A stretch of DNA of 64,000 nucleotides from assembly GCA_946414435.1 (NCBI GenBank), contig CAMKOM010000014.1:2717-66716 (forward strand). The letters run 5' to 3'. Numbering within the stretch: position 1 is the stretch's first letter; each line of letters opens with the position of its first letter. Both the position numbers and the translations under genes were made by a program. This document shows positions 9,103 through 19,000 of the stretch, in pieces. The stretch is from an uncultured Bacteroidota bacterium. GTDB taxonomy: Bacteria > Bacteroidota > Bacteroidia > Bacteroidales > SZUA-534. A model generated the notes under the pieces. The model saw only the letters and a list, made by a program, of their open reading frames with translations, was not told the origin of the DNA and did no database searches.

Positions 9103-9176
9103 TTTGCATCGATTTAAATTATTGCTATTCAGTTAAAAACATATTTCAAATAACTGTCGGGACTGTACGAAAAATA

Positions 9177-10982
9177 TCACTCCGGAATAATTCTCACCGC
9201 GCCTTTGTCGGCCGAACTAACCATCGACGCGTAAGCCTTCAGCGATTTGGGCACCACGCGTTTGCGGGTCATCGGGCGCTGCGGACGGGCCTCGAGTTCG
9301 GCATCGGTCAACTTCACGCTGATTGAGCGCGACGGAATGTCGATTGTGATAATGTCGCCGTCTTTGATTTTGCCAATGGCGCCGCCGGCAGCCGCTTCGG
9401 GCGATATGTGGCCGATTGACAGGCCCGACGTGCCGCCCGAGAAACGTCCGTCGGTAATGAGCGCGCACTCCTTGCCAAGGTGCATCGATTTAATGTACGA
9501 CGTGGGGTAGAGCATCTCCTGCATTCCCGGGCCGCCCTTGGGGCCTTCGTGCGTAATCACCACGCAGTCGCCGCTCTTGACTTTGCCGCCAAGAATTCCC
9601 TCGCAGGCATCTTCCTGTGAATCAAACACAACGGCAGGTCCTTCAAAGTGCCAGAGCGACTCGTCAACGCCAGCCGTCTTCACAATGCAGCCGTCTTTGG
9701 CAATGTTGCCGAACAGCACGGCCAGGCCGCCGTCTTTCGAGTAGGCGTGCTCAATGTCGCGAATGCAGCCGTTGGCGCGGTCGGTGTCGAACGAAGGCCA
9801 AGTGGCTGACTGTGAGCCCATTTTGGTGCTGAACTTGCCAGCGGGGGCGCTACTGTAAATGCGTTTGGCTTCGGGGTCGATAGTGTTTCCGCAGATATAA
9901 TATTTCTTCAGGTCGTCGGCCAAAGTTGAGCCGTTGACGCGCTTGAGCGAAGTGTCGAGCAGGCCGGCTTTGTTCAGTTCGTTCAGAATGCCAAGAATGC
10001 CGCCGGCACGGTTGCACTCCTGAATCGAGAATTTCTGTGTGTTAGGCGCTAACTTGCAAAGGAACGGCACTTTACGGCTCAAGGCATCGATATCTTTCAT
10101 CTTGAAATCGACACCTGCCTCGTGAGCCACGGCCAGAAGGTGCAGCACGGTGTTGCTCGAGCCGCCCATAGCAATGTCCAAAGTCATTGCGTTCAGGAAA
10201 GCCGCGCGAGTTGCAATGCTCTTCGGCAGAACGCTCTCGTCGCCCTCCTCGTAATATTTATATGCGTTCTTAACTATCAGTGCCGCAGCGTCTTTGAAGA
10301 GTTGAATGCGGTTGGTGTGAGTGGCCAGAATGGTTCCGTTGCCGGGAAGGCTCAGGCCGATAGCCTCGGTGAGGGAGTTCATTGAGTTGGCGGTGAACAT
10401 ACCCGAGCACGAGCCGCAGCCGGGGCAGGCGCAACTCTCAATCTCCTTCATCTGTTGGTCGGTAACCGACGGGTCGGCGCCTTTCACCATTGCGGTGATA
10501 AGGTCGGCATTCTCGCCGTTCCATTTTCCGGCTTCCATCGGGCCGCCTGAAACAAACACCGTCGGGATATTCAGGCGCATCGAAGCCATCAGCATTCCTG
10601 GCGTGATTTTGTCGCAGTTGCTAATGCAGACGAGCGCGTCGGCCTTGTGGGCGTTGCACATGTACTCAACCGAGTCGGCGATAATGTCGCGCGAAGGCAG
10701 CGAGTAGAGCATTCCGTCGTGGCCCATTGCAATGCCATCGTCAATGGCAATGGTGTTGAACTCGGCGGCATAGCAGCCAAGTCGCTCAATTTCAGCCTTT
10801 ACCAGTTGTCCAATCTCGTGCAGGTGAGTGTGCCCGGGCACAAATTGTGTGAACGAGTTGGCAATGGCGATAATTGGCTTGCCCATCTGCTCGTGCTTCA
10901 TTCCGTTGGCAACCCAAAGGGCGCGCGCACCGGCCATCCGTCGGCCTTCGGTTGTTTGTGCGCTTCTGAGTGTGTGTTTCAT
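9177..10982 (-). CDS. ilvD: Dihydroxy-acid dehydratase
   Basis: 601 aa. [26 protein letters not shown] and DGRFSGGT motifs. Confidence 0.97.
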   Translation of the reverse strand: MKHTLRSAQTTEGRRMAGARALWVANGMKHEQMGKPIIAIANSFTQFVPGHTHLHEIGQLVKAEIERLGCYAAEFNTIAIDDGIAMGHDGMLYSLPSRDIIADSVEYMCNAHKADALVCISNCDKITPGMLMASMRLNIPTVFVSGGPMEAGKWNGENADLITAMVKGADPSVTDQQMKEIESCACPGCGSCSGMFTANSMNSLTEAIGLSLPGNGTILATHTNRIQLFKDAAALIVKNAYKYYEEGDESVLPKSIATRAAFLNAMTLDIAMGGSSNTVLHLLAVAHEAGVDFKMKDIDALSRKVPFLCKLAPNTQKFSIQECNRAGGILGILNELNKAGLLDTSLKRVNGSTLADDLKKYYICGNTIDPEAKRIYSSAPAGKFSTKMGSQSATWPSFDTDRANGCIRDIEHAYSKDGGLAVLFGNIAKDGCIVKTAGVDESLWHFEGPAVVFDSQEDACEGILGGKVKSGDCVVITHEGPKGGPGMQEMLYPTSYIKSMHLGKECALITDGRFSGGTSGLSIGHISPEAAAGGAIGKIKDGDIITIDIPSRSISVKLTDAELEARPQRPMTRKRVVPKSLKAYASMVSSADKGAVRIIPE

Positions 10983-11002
10983 ATCTGAAGGTGTTTATGT
11001 TT

Positions 11003-11035
11003 AAAATAAAAAAGCCCGTCCGTAATGGAAGGGCT
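11003..11035 (-). terminator. Attenuator terminator hairpin 20 nt upstream of the ilvD ATG
   Basis: Minus-strand RNA AGCCCUUCC-AUUAC-GGACGGGCU (8 bp plus one U.C mismatch) followed by UUUUUAUUUU. Confidence 0.6.
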
Positions 11036-11074
11036 CGTAATTCGTTTTCTTATAATAAATTGCACAGCCCTTCC

Positions 11075-11134
11075 TTATCCGCAGACCACCACGACCACGA
11101 CCAAAGAAACGACTATGTTGACTAAATTCTTCAT
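11075..11134 (-). CDS. Candidate ilv leader peptide MKNLVNIVVSLVVVVVVCG
   Basis: 19 codons plus UAA, too short for the ORF track. 9 Val, 2 Leu and 1 Ile, with six consecutive Val codons. Lies between a -7 box and the attenuator hairpins. Confidence 0.6.
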   Translation of the reverse strand: MKNLVNIVVSLVVVVVVCG

Positions 11135-11154
11135 CCGAAAAATCTTAACGGCGG

Positions 11155-11162
11155 CAAATGTA
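11155..11162 (-). promoter_or_regulatory. Candidate -7 promoter box for the ilv leader/operon
   Basis: Minus strand reads TACATTTG (TAnnTTTG), 21 nt upstream of the leader-peptide ATG. Confidence 0.45.
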
Positions 11163-11264
11163 TAAAATTTATTGTTTGAACAATATTTATTTTAGAGACA
11201 ACGGTTAAAGACTACGGATTGGTGACAGCTTCGGCCTTTCGGGCTGATTTTGCGCCTATGGATT

Positions 11265-12377
11265 TTAAAAAATCTTCCGTACAAACGGTATCTTATAGAG
11301 CAGCCAGGCTATCAGATAGCTCAATACGGTGCTCAAAACGGCTGTGAGCAGCCATTTGAAGAATAAGGGCATGGCCAGCGGCTCAAAAAACATGGTGAGT
11401 GGTACTATCACCGCCGGACAAAAGAAAAAGACGAGAAATGAAAGGTTCGTCAATAGAATGGCTCTTGGACTCGGTTGGTTGAAATATCGGAAGAAAAACG
11501 TCATCAGGAAGAAGTTCATACCCACACACAGCATCGGCTCCCAAAGGGCAAAAAAGAGCGATTGAGAGTTGAGTCCGCCTGTGAAAATGCTCCAATCCTT
11601 GATGAAATGCACCGAGAAAAGCATTGTGGGCAGGCATAGGAAGGCGAACAGCAACCACGGAAGCGAGAAGCCTATCTTCAGCTTGTGAATCCAGTCGTTG
11701 CGTTGGGCTATGAGTCCGGAAATGAACATTCCGACATATAGCGGGTAGCAACCCCACTGAATGCCCGGCAGTGTGGCACGAGCCGGCGACAACAGTCTGA
11801 TGACGAAGGCCAGAAGCCCCACACCAAGTACAAAGAGCGTGGTGCGCAAGGCTGCAATCTGCTGCCAGAGCTCACTCATCAGCCCGTCGATATTGGGTCC
11901 GCATTTTTTGAAGACGGCAAAACCAAGCTCAAAAACAAGCAGCGCCGCAACAAACCAGAACGGCCCGAACGAAAAATCGGTTGTCAGCTGCTCAAGAACA
12001 AACGGAAACCAGCCTTTGTCGGTTGCGCCATGGGTGCTTGCAACAAGATACTCGATGGTGGGATGGAAAATCAGGACATAAAGAACCAACGGAATGCCAA
12101 GCCGCTTAACTCTGCGTTTGACAAAATCTTTGAATCCGTAGCGCTTATACGATTCATAGGCAAACATGGCCGAAATTAGGAAAAACAGCGACGCCAAAAA
12201 CGACAAGTTGATGGTTTTGATGGTGTTGACTGTGATGAGCGCCACGCCCAAAAACCTGTCGGATGATGTGTAATACCAAATGCCCACGCCGCCATACGCT
12301 ATCAGCGACTGATGGCAGATGAAAAGACATATCAGAAAAAACTTCAGTCTGTCGATATAGTAGTAACGCTCATTCAT
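11265..12377 (-). CDS. Acyltransferase family 3 integral membrane protein
   Basis: 370 aa, about 10 TM helices. N-terminal YYIDRLKFFLICLFICHQS resembles the Acyl_transf_3 start motif (D/R-x-x-R/K ... H). Confidence 0.75.
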   Translation of the reverse strand: MNERYYYIDRLKFFLICLFICHQSLIAYGGVGIWYYTSSDRFLGVALITVNTIKTINLSFLASLFFLISAMFAYESYKRYGFKDFVKRRVKRLGIPLVLYVLIFHPTIEYLVASTHGATDKGWFPFVLEQLTTDFSFGPFWFVAALLVFELGFAVFKKCGPNIDGLMSELWQQIAALRTTLFVLGVGLLAFVIRLLSPARATLPGIQWGCYPLYVGMFISGLIAQRNDWIHKLKIGFSLPWLLFAFLCLPTMLFSVHFIKDWSIFTGGLNSQSLFFALWEPMLCVGMNFFLMTFFFRYFNQPSPRAILLTNLSFLVFFFCPAVIVPLTMFFEPLAMPLFFKWLLTAVLSTVLSYLIAWLLYKIPFVRKIF

Positions 12378-12535
12378 CGCAAATTACACGCTTATAATTA
12401 AAAGGTGCGCTATAGATTGTTTTGTATAAACAATGTAAAGCAAAGCAAATTTAATAGGTTACTATCAAAAATCAAATTTTTGTATTTGGCGATTTATATC
12501 ATTGGTATAAACCTTCACAACTATTTTATAAATCC

Positions 12536-14866
12536 TTAATTCACTACAACCCTTTTCACCACGCCACCAGTTTTTACAATGTAAACACCTGTGCCGTTTA
12601 CGGGTATTTCCGTACGGACGCGATTAATCGCGTCCCTACCAACCAATGCACCCATTGCATTGTAAACACGGATTTCTTCCGTAGCGTTCTCAACCACAAT
12701 GGTGTTGCCGTGGGCGTAGATGTTGACGACATTGACGGCAGATTCTGAAACGGCGGTTGTAGGATTGGTGTTTTCTCCGCCTTGTTCTCCCAACGCTGGA
12801 ATTGTATCCTGTGCTACAATTATTAGTCCGCAAACAGAACAATGTGAACCTTCTGTTAGACCAAATTCAGTAGCTGTTGCGGCAACAGCGGTGTCAACAA
12901 CTACAGTATGACCTAAAGCGGGTATTACTTCTTGTGCCACAATTACCTCATTGCAAACTGAGCAATGTTTGCCTTCTGTTTTGCCAGATTCGGTGCAAGT
13001 TGCGGCAACGGCTGCATCAATAACTTCGGTATGCGCCTCAAATATTGCCGTAAAAGATGTGTCTTTTGCAGTAGAATAAGTTCGCGGATTATCAGTGTTA
13101 CCATCACTCCATTTCACAAAGTGGTAACCATCATTTGGTATTGCGCTTATAGTTAATTGCTTATCTTCCAATAGTATGCTATCGCCTTGAATTGTGCCAA
13201 ATAATTCATTTGCGCTTTTGGCTGTTAAAGTGTAAAACGGCTTTATTTCTTTATATTTCCATATTTTCGCAGATTTGTAGTTATTAACTGCTACTGCAGG
13301 AACATATATGATATCTGCCATTGTGAAAGGGTCCTCATTTATGGTTGGTGGAACGGTAGGCATACACACAACGTTTGCTAAATTTTGGCAATCATTAAAT
13401 GCATAATCGTTAATATTTGTTACGGATTCAGGAATGGTTATAGACGTTAATCCAGAACATCCGCTAAAGGCATACCCACCAATTGTTTTTACAGAATTCG
13501 GTATAGTAACTGACTTTAAATTGCTGCAACCAACAAACGTACAATAACCAATTTGTTCTATGCTATTTGGTATTACCAAATCTTCTATTTCTTTCCCATT
13601 TATGTATAAATGATGAGTTCTGTATAATGGATTAGCATATACACATCCAAAATTTATCTTACACAAATCCTCAACACTCGCAAATTCCGTTTTATTACCT
13701 TTATTATCCCAATCATAAAACGCATAGCAACCTATTTCTTTAATGGAATTCCCGAAAGTTATTGATTCTGTTCCACACCAATGGAATGCGTGTTCTCCAA
13801 TACTTTCCACGGAATTGGGGAAAATAATTTCCGCAATGCAACCACCGAATGCATTATTTCCAATTTTCACAACAGAATTACCTATAGTAGCCTTACTCAA
13901 TGCGGAACACCCACCAAATGCATAGTCTTCGATAGTTACAACTTCATCGGGTATTGTTATTTCTTGTAGTTTAGTACAATAACGAAAAGCAGCATTACAA
14001 ATAATTTTACAATTAGCGTGTATTGTACAAGAGTTAACATCTGTATTCTTAGCTTTTATTAATGCAAAGTATGGATTGTCTTCATTTCCAAGATAAAAAG
14101 CGTTTCCATACACATTATAATCTAAATTATTACAGTCTGTAAACGCACCCTGGCTGATGCTTGTGATTGTATTAGGAATAGAAATTGATTCTAAACTGCT
14201 ACCAAATGCAGCACCGATGCTGGTAACAATAAATGTGTTGCCAAATTGCACTGATTCCGGTATTGCCAAATTACTAGAATTAGTATCATAATTTACAACT
14301 ACAATAGAATTTTTATTCAAGATTTTATATTCAATACCTTCATCATCTTTAAAATACAAATATGACTGACTAAAATCGGCATCACTATCTATGTTTATTG
14401 ATGTCAAATTGTAACACATTGTGAACGCAGACTGGCCAATTATAGTTACAGAATTAGGAATTGTTATCGATGTAAGGCTGTTGCATCTATCGAACGCATT
14501 ATCGCCAATGCTTGTTACTGAATTGGAAATTATTATTGATGTAAGATTTCTGCAAACACAGAACGCTGAGTTGCCAATACTTGTTACTGAATTGGGAATT
14601 ATTATTGATGTAAGATTGCTGCAAAGGAACGCACTAGTGCCAATCGTAGTTACTGCATATTCAACATCATTGTAAGTTACTGTTTCGGGAATGGTGATTT
14701 CGGTTAACCCTAAATAGTTATAGTTATTTGTGTTGTTTTCGTGGTACGTGACTGCTACCGTACTGTCACTTGTGATATTGTAGTACAAATCATCAATTTG
14801 AAACCTTTGCGCCCATGCTTGCCCTGCAAGCATTGTGGCGAATAAAATTGTAAATAAACGTTTCAT
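12536..14866 (-). CDS. Leucine-rich-repeat (BspA-like) surface protein with T9SS C-terminal sorting domain
   Basis: 776 aa. Signal peptide [20 protein letters not shown]. Many about 23-aa repeats ([22 protein letters not shown]). Two Cys-containing about 40-aa modules. C-terminal about 70 aa ([12 protein letters not shown]...[17 protein letters not shown]) looks like a Por/T9SS tail. AT-rich gene. Confidence 0.8.
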   Translation of the reverse strand: MKRLFTILFATMLAGQAWAQRFQIDDLYYNITSDSTVAVTYHENNTNNYNYLGLTEITIPETVTYNDVEYAVTTIGTSAFLCSNLTSIIIPNSVTSIGNSAFCVCRNLTSIIISNSVTSIGDNAFDRCNSLTSITIPNSVTIIGQSAFTMCYNLTSINIDSDADFSQSYLYFKDDEGIEYKILNKNSIVVVNYDTNSSNLAIPESVQFGNTFIVTSIGAAFGSSLESISIPNTITSISQGAFTDCNNLDYNVYGNAFYLGNEDNPYFALIKAKNTDVNSCTIHANCKIICNAAFRYCTKLQEITIPDEVVTIEDYAFGGCSALSKATIGNSVVKIGNNAFGGCIAEIIFPNSVESIGEHAFHWCGTESITFGNSIKEIGCYAFYDWDNKGNKTEFASVEDLCKINFGCVYANPLYRTHHLYINGKEIEDLVIPNSIEQIGYCTFVGCSNLKSVTIPNSVKTIGGYAFSGCSGLTSITIPESVTNINDYAFNDCQNLANVVCMPTVPPTINEDPFTMADIIYVPAVAVNNYKSAKIWKYKEIKPFYTLTAKSANELFGTIQGDSILLEDKQLTISAIPNDGYHFVKWSDGNTDNPRTYSTAKDTSFTAIFEAHTEVIDAAVAATCTESGKTEGKHCSVCNEVIVAQEVIPALGHTVVVDTAVAATATEFGLTEGSHCSVCGLIIVAQDTIPALGEQGGENTNPTTAVSESAVNVVNIYAHGNTIVVENATEEIRVYNAMGALVGRDAINRVRTEIPVNGTGVYIVKTGGVVKRVVVN

Positions 14867-14878
14867 AGTTTTAAATAT

Positions 14879-15157
14879 TTATTTGTTACACAATTCTTTA
14901 AGTTTTTCATAGACATCTTCTAAATCTCCTTCAAGATGTCCCCAATCAAATAGTTCATCGCCAAGGTTTTCCATATGGCATATTTCAATCAAATCTGCTT
15001 TGTGTGGTTGCACCGTATTTTGAGCATCTTTTTTGGCTTCTCTTACTGCTTTGTCGTGCATTCTTTTATCACGAACACCTCTGGCTAATAGTATTTTATC
15101 CCGAGCATTCTTAACAAGAGAAAAGTATCGTTCGATTTCTTCGTTATTCATTATCAT
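14879..15157 (-). CDS. Hypothetical small helical protein
   Basis: 92 aa, charged, no recognised motif. Stop lies 12 nt upstream of the LRR gene ATG on the same strand. Confidence 0.45.
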   Translation of the reverse strand: MIMNNEEIERYFSLVKNARDKILLARGVRDKRMHDKAVREAKKDAQNTVQPHKADLIEICHMENLGDELFDWGHLEGDLEDVYEKLKELCNK

Positions 15158-15331
15158 TCAATTAATTGTTGAACTTTTTTGACAAAAAATGTTAGGCTTG
15201 TCTAATTTCGGTTTGGAAGAATTTGCTTTTCATAGCATTTCATAAAATTTCCACCCCATAAAAATACACACCACCCAGCCATTATTTTGGTACTCAACCG
15301 CCATTATTCCAGACACTTTGCGTCAATATTA

Positions 15332-15679
15332 CTAACAGTCACTCTCGTGCAATTCTTCAAGGAAACGGGCAATCCTCACGGCTTTGTCGCTATCTAAATC
15401 GCTGATATTAAGATTTATGTTGATTTGTCGCGGGCAAAGGGTTGATTTTATGCCGCATCGAAGTTCAATATCATCGAAAAAGTTGTGGTTCAAGGCGTTG
15501 CTAATGTCAATGAGTTGTTTCACATCGATACTGCTTCGCTCGAAAATGAAATAGATATTGGAACGTCCGCAATTGATGCGCCGCGCAAATTCAGCCACGC
15601 TCAAACCGCTATCGTCGAAGACGGATTTAATGAGTTGCCCTATATGAATGTTCTGCTGCGTGGCCATATTGCTTATCAT
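15332..15679 (-). CDS. XRE-family helix-turn-helix transcriptional regulator
   Basis: 115 aa. HTH segment LSVAEFARRINCGRSNIYFIFERSSIDVKQLIDISNAL. Confidence 0.75.
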   Translation of the reverse strand: MISNMATQQNIHIGQLIKSVFDDSGLSVAEFARRINCGRSNIYFIFERSSIDVKQLIDISNALNHNFFDDIELRCGIKSTLCPRQININLNISDLDSDKAVRIARFLEELHESDC

Positions 15680-15743
15680 TTTACAATGACAATAAAAAAA
15701 GCGTGGAAATCATAACTTGCTGACACCCAGGTTTTCCACGACC

Positions 15744-15811
15744 CACATTCTCAACAAGTTTTTCCACGCCATCCTGCAATGGCGCACTGGAAACTTATTC
15801 TTGAGAATGTG
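15744..15811. other. Long imperfect inverted repeat (extended hairpin) in the intergenic region
   Basis: Perfect 11-nt arms cacattctcaa (15744-15754) and ttgagaatgtg (15801-15811). They enclose nested complementary segments aagttt(tt)cca/tggaaactt and cgccat/atggcg. Confidence 0.5.
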
Positions 15812-16005
15812 TCTAACGACAATTGTGGAATTTTGGGTATCAAGAATAGCCTCTAATCGCTATTTAATATGTCAAAATACTGTTTCTGTTTACTTTATCT
15901 TTTTTAATCGTTTTTTTGCAAAGATATTAATAATAACATTTTTGTCGCATCGCTATAAAAACTGTGCTTCCAACGTCAGTTGGAACAGCGTCATCTGTGC
16001 GCAAA

Positions 16006-19000
16006 TCACTCCACACTAATCCCCGCCATCTTCTCCTTTCCGTCCATATAAACCTTCATCGGCTTTCTGAATCTGACGTGGCGGAAATGCTTTGTAGCGT
16101 GCACGGTTTCTTGTTTTTCAAGCACTTCCCAACGGATGAAACTTTTTGCCGAGTGGTTCTGCACCGCAAAATAGCCAATGTTCATCGATGTGACATTGTG
16201 GAAGAAATGCGAGCCGAGCGAGAAATCGAGCGGATAATCGTTCAGTCCAAGTTCGACAATCACACGCGCGTTCGAAATCTGCGACCAATCGACGGGAACG
16301 CCCAGAAAACGGTCGCTCGAGCCCCAACGCCCAGGACCAATCAAGATGTACTTGCGGCCTTCTTCAATCATCATTGTGTTCAGGCGGTTGATTTCTTCGG
16401 CCATTTCAATGGTTTCCAGCTTGTTAAACTTCTCGTTATCAATGTAAATCACGTCTTCAATGTCATTCAGCGTGCCGTTGCCCAGACTCTGCTGCGTGTA
16501 GAGCCATAGACGCTCTTTCTGCTCAAAAATATTGCAGTCGGTCTCGATGGTATTTGCGCCCACAAGTGGCTTAATTTGAAGCAGATAGAACGAAGGCTTG
16601 CCGTCAAGGCCAGGCGTCAGGTTCACGGCGTACTCAATCTCGACAGGCGAGCCGAATGCGTCGCGGACGGTGGCCAGAATGGTGTCGATGGTCTCAGCCA
16701 GCGGGAAGTAGTTATATTGCAGAATATCAGCAAAATTCAGCACACGCGGCCCGTAGCCGTCGGTTCCAGGCCTAACGGTGTCATTGTCAGCATTATAAAC
16801 CGATGCCAGATGCTTCAGCGTGCCGTGCTCTTCGGCGTCGTAGATATCGACCATTTTCACGGCCGCCAACTCGCCGTCGGCCAGAAAATCGGGGTCGGTG
16901 TTGGTCAGGTCGAGCGCGTAGAACTGCGTCTGCGTGGTCTGCAGCAGCGACTGTGTGGTGTACATTGACACCTTCGGGTAGCGCGGCGAGAATCGGTAGG
17001 CTTTCCACCCGTCGACCACGTAACTGCCTAATCCCATTGCAATTACGGCGTAACCTTCTTCGGGTTTCATATCGGCAATGGGGTAGAAATTGTACGACTG
17101 CGCCACGCCGCTGATGTGCGGATAATAGTAGTTACCAAATTGAGTTCCAACAAGTTCCTGAATAATAACGGCCATTTTCTCGCCTTCAATCTTGTGGTTG
17201 ATGGCGTTGAAATAGCCCCGCGCTTGGTCGGAATAGACTGACGCATAGACAAGTTTGATGGCGTCGCAAACCAGTTGGAAGGTCTTTTCCTTGTTCTCGC
17301 CGTTGGGCACGATGTAAGTATCGAAAACGCCCGCAAACGGCTGATTGATAGAATCTTCCGACGTACTCGACGAACGCACAACAAGCGGTTTGTCGATGTG
17401 GTTCACAAAATCGCGCACGCGCCGCTCAAGTTCAAGGCTCAAATTGCTGTAGTAGAACAATTCGCGCAGGCGCTGATACGACACTTCGGGGTCGATAACC
17501 TTGACATACAGTTTGTTACGTTCCATAAAAGTGTCAAACTCGTCGGTGCCGATGATGACCGTTGTCGGCGTGAGCAGGTTGATGCGCTTGGCCAGGTCGC
17601 CCAAATCAAGGTTGTAGATGAGCACGTCGATGAAGGCCAGGCCGCGCCCCTTGCCGCCCATTGTGCCGCCCGCAAAGCGCACAATGTTGTGTTCGTCAAC
17701 GGTCGAAGTCTCGTCGTACGAGAGCACCTTGCCCTTCTTTTTCTGCTCGCGATAGACGCGGATGGCGTTCAGCACGTCCTGCCGCGACTGCTCAATGTCG
17801 TTTCGGTCTTCCAGCCGCATAGCGTTGATGGTCCGCGCCAGTTGGATTTCGCCGCGCGCCATAAGCCAGATAGAGTACTGATTCTTGATGGCGTGGCGCA
17901 CAAACGAGTCCTGCGGCACGTCGTGGATGAGCATTTCAAACTCACGCAGCGAGTGTGCCACCCCAATGTCCTTGCCGTCCTTGGTTCGGAACAGAAAATC
18001 GCCGTAGCCCAGATACTTAATCAGGTGGCGGCGCAGGTCGTCGAACAGAGTTGCGCTGTTTTTGTTGATGAAGAAAATCTTGTTTTCTGATGCGTTCTCA
18101 AGTTGCACGTCTTCAGTCGATTGCAGAATCACAGGCACGCTGAAAACCTGCTCGCGCATATATTTCACAAACTTCAGGCCCGCCTGCTTGTCGGGCTTGC
18201 CGCCCCAGTCGAACTCAACGTCCGAAATCACGCACAGCAGAAAGTCCTTGTATTTGTTGAAGATAGCGATGGCTTCTTCGTAATTCCGCGCGTGCAGAAT
18301 CTTCGGCCGCGACCGAATTTTTGTGATTTTGTTCAGTTCGTTCTTCTCAACTTCGGGCAGCAGTTTCTGCACTTGGTCGAACACAATCGAGTACAGAATC
18401 TGCAGATAACGAGAGTAATACGACGGCGAGTCTTCGATTAGCAGAATCACGCGCACCAGGCCCACCTTGGTGTCGTTGGCCACGTTCACGCTGTCTTCTA
18501 TCGACTTGACAATGGCGAAGATAATCGACGTGTCGCCCGTCCAGACAAACATTTTGTCGACCGATGTGATGGTGGGTATCAGATTGTTGAAGTATTTCTC
18601 GTCATCCTTCTTATTGATAAGCAGATAGACGGGAATCGAATCGTTCATTTCCTTTATTTTGGCGCTCAAGGCGATGGGCGACTCGCGGTCGATGCCAACC
18701 ATTAGAATCACAAGGTCGATGGGCGTGGTTTCGAGAATCTCGAGCGCGTCTTCTTCCGACGAGACACCCGTGATTCGCGGCAGCGAGAAAAGACTGTATT
18801 GGTAGATTTCGCCCATAAACTTCTCGAAAAACGTGTCGTCGTTCTCGAGCAGGAAGGCGTCGTAAAGTGTTGATACAAAGAGTATATGCTTAATTTTGTA
18901 CTTCATCATATCCAGATAGACGTACTTGTCCATCATTTGTTGGTTGAAGTACTGCTGAAGCGGCTTGTGCTCTTTCGAAAGCGAGCGCCGAAGTTGGTCG

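Noticed and set aside
15717-16019. 100-aa plus-strand ORF in the intergenic region upstream of the XRE gene
   Set aside because: AT-rich, Phe/Ile/Leu/Asn-biased translation with a non-ATG start. The region is better explained by operator-like repeats and a long hairpin.
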